Below, piece after piece: positions 1 to 7,357 of a stretch of DNA of 13,795 bases. Position 1 is the first letter of the stretch. Every line of letters starts with the position of its first letter. This DNA is from Paramicrosporidium saccamoebae KSL3 (lineage: Eukaryota; Fungi; Cryptomycota), in the NCBI GenBank assembly GCA_002794465.1, contig MTSL01000072.1, positions 82,257-96,051 of the forward strand, read 5' to 3'. The notes under the pieces were generated by a model. The model was not told where the DNA came from. It saw nothing but the letters and a program-made list of their open reading frames with translations, and made no database searches. The position numbers and the translations under genes were made by a program.

Positions 1-1923
1 GCCAGTGTATTGATTCTTGTCCAGTCGTTTAACGGTGTTTAGTCAAGGATGCGATTTTGGAACTGTATGAAAGACACAATGTTCTTTTAATTATTGGCGA
101 GACTGGGAGCGGCAAGACTACTCGTATAAAGAACATTTTCGTTTGTTAACCCACTAGAAATCCCAAAATACATTTACGAGCACAACAAAGCGACGGGAAA
201 GGCTGGTAAAAATGAGCTGATAGCTGTAACCCAGCCCAGAAGGGTGGCCGCAATGTCCCTAGCCAAACGTGTTGCCGAGGAGATGGATACTAAACTCGGA
301 GGTCTCGTTGGCTACAGCGTCCGTTTCGATGAAATGACCAGCGCAGCCACCCGAATCAAATTTGTCACGGACGGCATGTTGTTGCGCGAGGTGCTTTCCG
401 ATCCTTTGCTCCGTCGATATTCGACAATCGTACTGGACGAGGCCCATGAACGCACTCTGCGGACAGATATTCTATTTGGTATTGTGAAGAGGCTGCAGTC
501 AAGTAGACCGCTCAAAGTTGTTGTTATGAGCGCTACGTTGAATCCAACAAAGTTTCTGAATTTCTTTGACGATGCAAAGCTGTATCGAGTGCCTGGACGA
601 CAATTTGCAGTCCGTCTCTTTTACACCTGCGAAGCACAACGGGACTATTTGGATGCGACTGTGCTTTCGATTGTCCAGCTGCACATGGAGCGACCTGAAG
701 GCGATATCTTAGTGTTCCTGACTGGACAGGAAGAGATTGAGGCAGTGGCACGACTCCTTGAGGAGCACTCGGATGCTCTGGGGACTATGAAACTACAAGT
801 GACCCCCATCTATGCTTCCTTGCCAGCCCATCAGCAAATGGCCGTATTTGCGCGTCCGCCAAAGGGAACACGAAAGGTGATTCTTGCAACTAACATTGCC
901 GAAACGTCCATTACAATTCCTGGGATCCGCTATGTAATTGATCCTGGATTTGTGAAGATGCGTCTCTTTACTCCCCGGACCGGCGTTGAGACATTGTCAG
1001 TGCGGCCAGTGTCGCGAGCAAGTGCTCGTCAAAGATGCGGTCGGGCTGGGCGTGAGCAGGAAGGAGAGTGCTATCGACTCTTTTTGGAAGACTCTTTCCG
1101 CTCTTTGGACGAAGATACTCCACCAGAAATTCTGCGGTCGAATTTGGCCAATGTTGTGCTGATTATGAAAGCCAGTGGCATCGATGACGTTGTTGGCTTT
1201 GACTATCTTGATCCTCCGGCAGTGGATTCGCTAAAGCGTGGATTAGAAGAACTATTGTATCTCGGGGCGCTCAATCAGGAAGGAGGTTTGACTGAACATG
1301 GCCGACTGATGGCCGAATGTCCTCTCATTCCTCCTCTCTCGCGCGTTCTCTTGGAGGCCTGCAAGCTCAAATGCAGCGATGAGGTGATTACCATTTTGGC
1401 AATGCTTTCTGCAGACGCCATATTCCATTCGTCTAGTGGAGACCGCGAATCGTCAGGAAATGCCAAAAAGGCCTTTACTCACAAACACGGTGACCACATG
1501 ATGCTTCTGAATGTATATAAGGGCTACTTGGCAAGTCGTGGAGATGCACGTTGGTGTCGCGATAATTTTCTGGATGTTCGTGCCCTGAAAACGGCCACCG
1601 ATGTACGCAACCAACTCGTTCAATTTTGCGAAAAACACAAGCTGGCCGTAGTGCCAACCATTGATCCTGCAAACATCCCCAAAGCATTTGCGGCGGGGTA
1701 TTTCATGCAATGCGCTTATCGCCAAGCTGATGGAGTGTTCAAGACTCTGATGGGTCGTCAGACAGTGCACATTCATCCATCATCAATTCTGCATGGCCAG
1801 AAGCCTGATTGCGTAATTTACCATGAACTGACAATGACAACCAAGTGCTACCTGCGCAATGTAAGCATAGTAGAGCCATCTTGGGTGGCCGAGTACTCCA
1901 AAGCCGCCCGACTTGGGCCATAG
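1..1923 (+). CDS. DHX33: DEAH-box ATP-dependent RNA helicase, DHX33/Dhr2-like; 5'-partial. Exons (<1..6), 43..123, 158..1923
   Basis: Splicing out 124-157 restores Walker [13 protein letters not shown] and joins it to TQPRRVAA. Also present: DEAHER (motif II), SAT (III), [14 protein letters not shown] (V), QRCGRAGRE (VI), and HA2/OB-like C-terminus (HIHPSS). GRAGRE rather than GRAGRT favours DHX33/Dhr2 over Prp2/16/22/43 (recalled). The start codon lies upstream of the window. Confidence 0.85.
7..42 (+). other. Probable spliceosomal intron (36 nt) in the DEAH helicase gene
   Basis: GTATTG...TTTAAC...TTTAG. It removes an in-frame TAA at 30-32 and gives ..Q-F-K-D-A-I-L. An alternative donor at 5 is possible. 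The upstream exon is cut by the window edge. Confidence 0.6.
124..157 (+). other. Spliceosomal intron (34 nt) in the DEAH helicase gene
   Basis: GTATAA...GTTAAC...ACTAG. Removal creates CAA (Q) and the exact GKTTQIP motif in frame with the 244..1923 ORF. Confidence 0.92.
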
Positions 1924-2138
1924 AACAACAATTAGAGTTTGTCAAAGAATATATCAATAGATTACGAATAAAGGGTCTCTTGATAATGAGTGGTCCATGG
2001 TCTGTACTCTCTAGCATGTCATCTTTAGTTTGCAATCTGTACTCTGCATCCAGTAATTTTTATTCTGTATTCTGTAGTGTGTAATCTGTGGTCTACAAAC
2101 CATGATTTACAATCTACTATCAATGGTTAACGACACGC

Positions 2139-2196
2139 ATCAAGGGTCTTTGCTACAACTTTTAACCCAGGGATCAAGGGTCTTTGCTGCAGCTTT
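2139..2196 (+). repeat. Direct repeat, 34-nt period, at the 5' end of the APC1-like gene
   Basis: ATCAAGGGTCTTTGCT is identical at 2139-2154 and 2173-2188, and extends to 24 nt with 2 mismatches (ACAACTTT / GCAGCTTT). Confidence 0.9.
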
Positions 2197-2201
2197 CATT
2201 A

Positions 2202-4433
2202 ATGGGATTCGATGAGCTGCTGGCGGCATTTCTTCATGACCCGTTGAATAGTGTCCAACGCCGGGTTGATTTGATGGAGACTTTGTCGGAGGATCAAAGG
2301 AAGCAGCTGCCCCTCTTGGCAATGCTGTATTTGCAGGAGCGTCTATTGGATAGTTTAGTAGCAAGGTCCGAAATTGAATCACTTTTAAAGTCAGTTCTGC
2401 AGTTGCACCCAGACAGTAAAGTTTTACACAAGGCATGCAATGGGACACTTGATTATTTAGAGCTGTTGGTCGTGACCATTCCCGCCTCGGGGTGTCGTAG
2501 CGTGCTCGATATTCTGTCTGGACGCATTCTTTGCCACGATGCCCTTGAAGAGTGCATTTCTGATCGACTTTACGATGACAACATGCCTGCGCTATTCCCC
2601 CTGTGTCGCTGTCTCGAAGAAGGGGGGCCAATGGTGGCCCGTCTAATTGAGCCGATCCGGTCGATCTTGCAGTTCACCCGGCCAACAATCAAGAAAAATG
2701 CAGAGGTTGCCTTGGATGCCTATCTGCTGGTCAAAAATTACTTAGATACCTCCAAGACTACCATCCTAAATCTCCCACCACCGTCATCAATGTTGAGGCT
2801 TTATTCAGACACTGCATACGAGGCCGAGAATGTGTTTATACGCAAAACCCTTGGAAAATGCATAGGACAAAGTCTACAGCTGTGTGGAGCCGAAAAATCT
2901 CCATCAATGAACATTGTCGATTATCTTGACTTTTGTCCCAACCTTCGTGTAAAGGGGGCGGTGGGAGGAAATGTTGGTCCAAATCCCTTTAATTCCTTTG
3001 CCAAATTTGCTTCTGGGGTGTCAACTGCTTGTCGCGATTATGCGTTTTTGACCGCCGACGAGGGGGCAGCTTTGGTAAAGACTGTAAAACCGGACACTCT
3101 AGATGAATCGTTTTCAGGACTAATCCTTGCCCTGGGTCTCATGGGAAAGCTGTCACGCATATCGACAATGGAGACATTGGGACTGATTTCATGTGGGCAC
3201 GCTCTGACTGAGGCTGCCTCGTTGTTGGCCATAGCCGCCTCACATACGTCTCAAGGCGACAGCCAGATGTACAAGGTTGCAATGATTAATATTACCCAGC
3301 AAGACGCTGGGGTGTCCTTTCAAATCCCCCCCTCTTTGAGGGTCGTGTCTCCGCTGGCATTGGGACTGATGCAGGCCTTTAGAGGCGATCAAACGTGTAG
3401 TAATATCATGATGAGAATGATTGAAGGGAATTATACTTTGGAACCCATTTCCTTTGATGCGGGCTGTTTTGTGCTCAATTGCGGAATAGCACTATCGTTG
3501 CTCCACAATCCCGACAGCATGCGTCGAACTGATGTATTGAGGCTTTTGAGAATTATTCGAGCTCCCCTTTCGACATACCACCCTGCTGCGCGGACTGCGG
3601 CTCTTTTAGCTCTGGTCAATTGTCCGGCCCGTCTTGCCGTGCATGTAGATCCCGAATTAACAGAGGTACTCTCTATGGATTGTCTTCCCTTCATGGATGT
3701 CATCTTGGCAAGATACGTGCAGCAGTCTATTAACAAGAAGCCCAGTTGGGACCTGTGGACGACACTATCGGACCAGAAAGACATGGATCTTAACAAGCTA
3801 TTGCTCTGTACAGCTGACATTCTGTTTATGGGAACCACCCTTACACCACTCGAAAGCACTACTCAATGGATAGCCGATTTTTTGCGTCAGCTTCGAAAAC
3901 AATTTCAATCAGCAGCACTGTCGTATTCTACAAGGTATCGACGACTAGTCCTGTCCACATGTCACGATTTAATCCTGCTTGGTGGTTGTCTCTGCCATGC
4001 TGGCAGTAACGATCAGGAACTACTCCGTACGCTAAGCCACTCGTTTTGTGACAGTCTGGACTATTCTTTTGGACGAAGCATTTGCCACTCACTGGCTGCA
4101 TCCTTTCTCATCATGGAGCATAGCAAGCTGGCACTCATAAAAGAGTCTCCCCCAAACCTGATCCATCTGCTTCTTTTGCCAGCGGTCCTTCCTATGACTT
4201 CCATGGTGCCCAGTGAAGATCCTTCTGTGCATTTCAGGTTGTATTTGCCGCTCATCCTTCTCCAAGAGCTGCAAGACCGTCTCGTTAGCGATCCACTCGA
4301 CTCGTTGGAGCGGTGGCGTGGAAGGACCAACGTTTCTTGCGACGCTATGAAAGTCATTACCAACGCCATCCTGTCAACGTCTAAAGAAGCGACAATAGAT
4401 GAACTGATTCAGCTTGGACGAATACTCTACTAA
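2202..4433 (+). CDS. APC1: Anaphase-promoting complex subunit 1 (APC1)-like PC-repeat protein, strongly shortened (743 aa from the first in-frame ATG; possibly ~770 aa from ATG 2102)
   Basis: Colinear series of segments resembling recalled APC1 PC-repeat motifs: KFASGVSTAC (cf. FHNGVAAGL), FSGLILALGLMGKL (cf. AGFLMALGLNGHL), SLLAIAASH..D (cf. GLLLGVSAAKLGTMD), LALGLMQAF, NCGIALSLL, LLGGCLCHAGS (cf. AGACLSLGFRFAGS), FGRSICHSLAASFL (cf. YGFHLAHHMALGLL). Rpn1/Rpn2 PC repeats are a less likely alternative. The 2184 start in the track is TTG. Confidence 0.7.
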   Translation: MGFDELLAAFLHDPLNSVQRRVDLMETLSEDQRKQLPLLAMLYLQERLLDSLVARSEIESLLKSVLQLHPDSKVLHKACNGTLDYLELLVVTIPASGCRSVLDILSGRILCHDALEECISDRLYDDNMPALFPLCRCLEEGGPMVARLIEPIRSILQFTRPTIKKNAEVALDAYLLVKNYLDTSKTTILNLPPPSSMLRLYSDTAYEAENVFIRKTLGKCIGQSLQLCGAEKSPSMNIVDYLDFCPNLRVKGAVGGNVGPNPFNSFAKFASGVSTACRDYAFLTADEGAALVKTVKPDTLDESFSGLILALGLMGKLSRISTMETLGLISCGHALTEAASLLAIAASHTSQGDSQMYKVAMINITQQDAGVSFQIPPSLRVVSPLALGLMQAFRGDQTCSNIMMRMIEGNYTLEPISFDAGCFVLNCGIALSLLHNPDSMRRTDVLRLLRIIRAPLSTYHPAARTAALLALVNCPARLAVHVDPELTEVLSMDCLPFMDVILARYVQQSINKKPSWDLWTTLSDQKDMDLNKLLLCTADILFMGTTLTPLESTTQWIADFLRQLRKQFQSAALSYSTRYRRLVLSTCHDLILLGGCLCHAGSNDQELLRTLSHSFCDSLDYSFGRSICHSLAASFLIMEHSKLALIKESPPNLIHLLLLPAVLPMTSMVPSEDPSVHFRLYLPLILLQELQDRLVSDPLDSLERWRGRTNVSCDAMKVITNAILSTSKEATIDELIQLGRILY

Positions 4434-4580
4434 GTCTTGCACATTTACCCTATACTGTGGGGTTGGAATTACAGCTCCTGGTCCGTCATACACCTGTGAT
4501 GTGATATAGCAGATTGACTAGCCGGGTGTTCAAGGACGATGGGATCTGTATCCCTATGTTTAAGGATTAGCAGTGAGCAA

Positions 4581-4636
4581 CTCCTCTCTCCTCTCCTCTT
4601 CTCTTCTCTTCTCCCGTTCTCCCCCCGTCTCTTCCC
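4581..4636. repeat. Polypyrimidine/polypurine simple repeat, (CTCTY)n-like
   Basis: ctcct ctctc ctctc ctctt ctctt ctctt ctccc gttct ccccc cgtct cttccc is almost purely C/T on the + strand. Confidence 0.9.
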
Positions 4637-4809
4637 ACCTGGCGTAGTCCGTGACATCTTGCCCACTATGCGACATACCAACTCGGATCCTCTACATTGT
4701 AAATAATCAAAATACTATGATTATAAGCCAGTCATTATTAGGCTCCTCTTGCCTGCTTAGTTCAGTCTCCACTATCTACCCTTTTAACCATATGCCCGTT
4801 TATTCTATA

Positions 4810-5523
4810 CTAGATAATATCCCATAAATCCTCAAAGGCATGGCACACTTTTGAGCACACTGTCGCCGCTGCTAGTGGATATTCACTTACCGAGATTTTA
4901 CTCTCGGCAAACTCAAACTTGTCCTCACCATGCGCCATGGCTCCGATGAAAAAGACGATCGGCTCTTCGGGGAGTGTCTTTACCCACTCGCCAATCTTTA
5001 CCGTCTCTCCTTCTCCACTCATTGCCACCCTTTGGCACTTTACTGGAAGATGGTCGCTGATGGGATTTCTGATTACGTTGAGCAGCTTCTCGTTGCTGCC
5101 CACCGCTCTGATACTCAGTTTGTGGAGGAGCTGCACCATCAGTCCGGCAAACCGACTGAATGTTCTCGGGATGCGGGTATGTGGGTTGATCTCAATCAGG
5201 ACGCCCTTTTGGGTGTGGATATAGACCTGCAAACGACCGGCCTTGTTTAGCGGACTGTCCAGGAGTGCGAGGAGACACTGGTGGGTAATGTCGGGACGGT
5301 AGTCTGAAAGGTCTTTGGAGTGTTTCCGGAGGACGTTCTGATGGTCGTCGCTGTTTAACAGGTGGTGGCGAGCTTCTGAGCCCTTTCCCACACGCACAAT
5401 CTCCAACGGCGCACACTCCAGTACTACTATCACACGTTGGGCTAGTTCCTTCTCCATCTTGGTCTTTGGCAACTTGGGTGCCTCGGCCGGAACCGGAATG
5501 TCCGTCTTTCCATCCGTAGTCAT
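4810..5523 (-). CDS. EMG1: 18S rRNA N1-pseudouridine methyltransferase Nep1/Emg1 (SPOUT family), 237 aa, intronless
   Basis: Motifs VIVVLE.A.LE, LLNSDDH, RPDITHQCLLALLDSPLNKAG.LQVYIHT, RIPRTF.RFAGLMVQLLHK.SIR, IGAMAHG, SEYPL.A...CSK.C.AFE.LW. Confidence 0.97.
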   Translation of the reverse strand: MTTDGKTDIPVPAEAPKLPKTKMEKELAQRVIVVLECAPLEIVRVGKGSEARHHLLNSDDHQNVLRKHSKDLSDYRPDITHQCLLALLDSPLNKAGRLQVYIHTQKGVLIEINPHTRIPRTFSRFAGLMVQLLHKLSIRAVGSNEKLLNVIRNPISDHLPVKCQRVAMSGEGETVKIGEWVKTLPEEPIVFFIGAMAHGEDKFEFAESKISVSEYPLAAATVCSKVCHAFEDLWDII

Positions 5524-5565
5524 TCCAAGTCACGGCTTTCTGAGCCCCGGCTCCCCCTTCCCATA

Positions 5566-6585
5566 TCAGGTGTTTACTTGCCGAATATTTATGTTTATGC
5601 GAGCATCTCCGAGCAACTCTAGGGCCAGCTGCACTTTGGGGTCTTCATCCTCCATCCTGCCGCATTCTAATGGCAGAATCCTTGGTACGCCATGATAGAA
5701 ATATCTTGCTTCTCCGGCCATTATGACCACATCTCCGCCTCGTAAGAGCACTGGTAATACCTCCTCGTCCCTCCCTCGTCCGCCCACCAGGAATATGCAC
5801 GGCGCCCCCAGACTCATCGAAACTAGCGGCGCCTGCATGTTGGGTTCGGAGCGGTCAACGTGTCCCGTGAGTGTATCGCCCGGTTGGTAGAAATTTACAA
5901 TGCCGGCCTCAGGTCGCGAGGGACCCAAGCCAGCAGATTGTGTTAAGGCGGAGGAGTAAGCGGCGAGGGTGGGAGGAAATGGAACAGGTGAACGGGAAAA
6001 GTCGTATTCCTTACTAGTCCAGTCGTACTGGTAGCCCAAGGTCACCCACCTGATCCGTCTCATTAGCGACTTTATTCCGTCACGATCCAGAATCTGTTCC
6101 ATGGGCAACGCTTGTGTCTGAACACTGTCATCGGGATGCACTTTTCTCTTAATCTGCAAAATCTCATTGTTCTCAAAATATGCCCATAGGCCTTTCTCAG
6201 GAATGTGATAATGGGCGTCCAGATTGGTCAAATTCGGTGGTGCCATGTAGCTAGACATTGCCTTGGTAATCCAATACTTTTGCTGTTGTTCATCTAGGGC
6301 ACTTGGAATAAAGAACAATCCTTCTTTTCCCTCCACTCCCCACATCCAAGAACCGTCTCCTTCCAGTTTGCAGATTTGCTTCGCTCGAGGATGTTTGTTG
6401 GTGGCCCGCAGGTCCAAGACACCCTCCATATCCGGGACCCTTTTCTTGAACCTTCTCTCAGCCTCTCTGAACTTTGTTACATTTATCGGCATCCTTCCCT
6501 GCTCTCCCTTTTGCCTTTCGTAGAAACCATCGTCCTCTCGAGTTTCCTCGGGACCATAAACCCGGATGCGCGTATGGCGATCCAT
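5566..6585 (-). CDS. ALKBH1: AlkB homolog 1 (Abh1-like) Fe(II)/2-oxoglutarate dioxygenase; 339 aa from ATG 6585 or 308 aa from ATG 6492
   Basis: RWVTLGYQYDW..KEY, EAGIVNFY...D.L.GHVDRSE (HxD), SLG..CIFL.GG, L..GDV..M.G..R...HGVPRI (distal His), RININIRQV (2OG-binding Arg). The start codon is uncertain. Confidence 0.92.
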   Translation of the reverse strand: MDRHTRIRVYGPEETREDDGFYERQKGEQGRMPINVTKFREAERRFKKRVPDMEGVLDLRATNKHPRAKQICKLEGDGSWMWGVEGKEGLFFIPSALDEQQQKYWITKAMSSYMAPPNLTNLDAHYHIPEKGLWAYFENNEILQIKRKVHPDDSVQTQALPMEQILDRDGIKSLMRRIRWVTLGYQYDWTSKEYDFSRSPVPFPPTLAAYSSALTQSAGLGPSRPEAGIVNFYQPGDTLTGHVDRSEPNMQAPLVSMSLGAPCIFLVGGRGRDEEVLPVLLRGGDVVIMAGEARYFYHGVPRILPLECGRMEDEDPKVQLALELLGDARININIRQVNT

Positions 6586-6593
6586 CCCCCGGC

Positions 6594-7121
6594 ATGGAGG
6601 AGCTCGCCTACGTGTGCTTCCGCGATGTCGCCTGGTTACAAGCCTATCCTCTCACTGAGGCCTCTGTGCTCGATTACTTTTCACTGTCGCAATTTTACGA
6701 GAGGACCTGTAACAATGAAGTGCTGAAAATGCAGGCACGCTATACAGACAATGCAGCGTTACTCTCTCAGCTCCACAAAATGACGGGTACCGAGTTTGCA
6801 GTGGTCCGGAGTACACCTCCAAAGCTATTTGTCATTGCCAAGCAACAGCGCCATTCGTCTGACAAGGTGTCTGTCCTCAGTGTGTATTATATCCTCAATG
6901 GCTCCATCTTTATGGCGCCCAGCCTTTACGCCGTCGTGGGTAATCGCATTACTGCCAGCCTGCACCATCTCGGAGAGGCCATAGATTATGCAAAAGGCTT
7001 TCTTTCCTTTGATGCGGCGGCATGTCAATATGTCCTACCAACAACACAGGCTGATTCGGTGATGACGGAGGAAGACCTTCGATTAGATCGACTAGTGATG
7101 GAAGCTGTTGCTGAGGAGTAG
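6594..7121 (+). CDS. MED6: Mediator of RNA polymerase II transcription subunit 6, 175 aa
   Basis: From ATG 6594: F.D..WL, VLDYFS.S.FY..TCNNEVLKMQ, L..M.G.EF, LFVI.KQ.R, YYI..G.I..AP....V...R. The track start at 6474 is non-ATG and overlaps ALKBH1. Confidence 0.93.
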   Translation: MEELAYVCFRDVAWLQAYPLTEASVLDYFSLSQFYERTCNNEVLKMQARYTDNAALLSQLHKMTGTEFAVVRSTPPKLFVIAKQQRHSSDKVSVLSVYYILNGSIFMAPSLYAVVGNRITASLHHLGEAIDYAKGFLSFDAAACQYVLPTTQADSVMTEEDLRLDRLVMEAVAEE

Positions 7122-7137
7122 AGTGATGGTCAATTCC

Positions 7138-7285
7138 GTCATTAAGAGCCGAAACGAATGGTCGGGGATTCAGTCATTGAGAGCCAAGGACGAGTGTAGG
7201 GTTGAGCTCGTCATTAGGAACTAAAGGCGAGTGTAGTGTTGAGCTCGGTTAGTAATAACTAAAGACGAATGCCTTGTGCAATTCA
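7138..7285. repeat. Degenerate tandem minisatellite, four ~35-39-bp units, between the convergent MED6 and PRP5 stops
   Basis: Units start at 7138, 7173, 7210 and 7247. Units 2 and 3 (37 nt each) match at 30/37 positions: gtcattgagagccaaggacgagtgtagggttgagctc vs gtcattaggaactaaaggcgagtgtagtgttgagctc. Confidence 0.8.
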
Positions 7286-7357
7286 GTTATTGATAATCGA
7301 CAGCAGTTGTACAATAAATTTAGTCGCTCAATGCTGGCTAGGCAGCGGGCCAATTTA

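Noticed and set aside
259-2035. Minus-strand ORFs over the helicase and the + ORF 1845..2084
   Set aside because: They are shadow or alternate frames of a well-conserved gene, mostly with non-ATG starts and no recognisable motifs.
2146-2170. 25-nt GTC..CAG intron as a firm feature
   Set aside because: It restores the frame, but its length, donor and acceptor all deviate from the 13 other introns. It is kept only as one hypothesis in the findings.
2140-4369. Antisense ORFs (2140..2631, 3038..3232, 3431..3859, 4061..4369, 4089..4274)
   Set aside because: They lie opposite the APC1-like CDS and show no family similarity.
4560-4676. Resemblance of RREEERREELLTANP to CWC15 (EEERIRMENILSGNP)
   Set aside because: The diagnostic downstream RRWDDDVVFKN and NDxxRSxFH motifs are absent in all frames, and the similarity comes from the GA-rich repeat.
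4919-6726. Overlapping + and - ORFs across EMG1/ALKBH1 (4919..5224, 4930..5250, 5192..5533, 5459..5695, 6263..6523, 6376..6726)
   Set aside because: They are antisense or alternate-frame shadows of conserved genes.
7138-7285. CRISPR array interpretation of the ~37-bp repeats
   Set aside because: The units are contiguous with no unique spacers, they are degenerate, no cas genes are present, and the context is eukaryotic.
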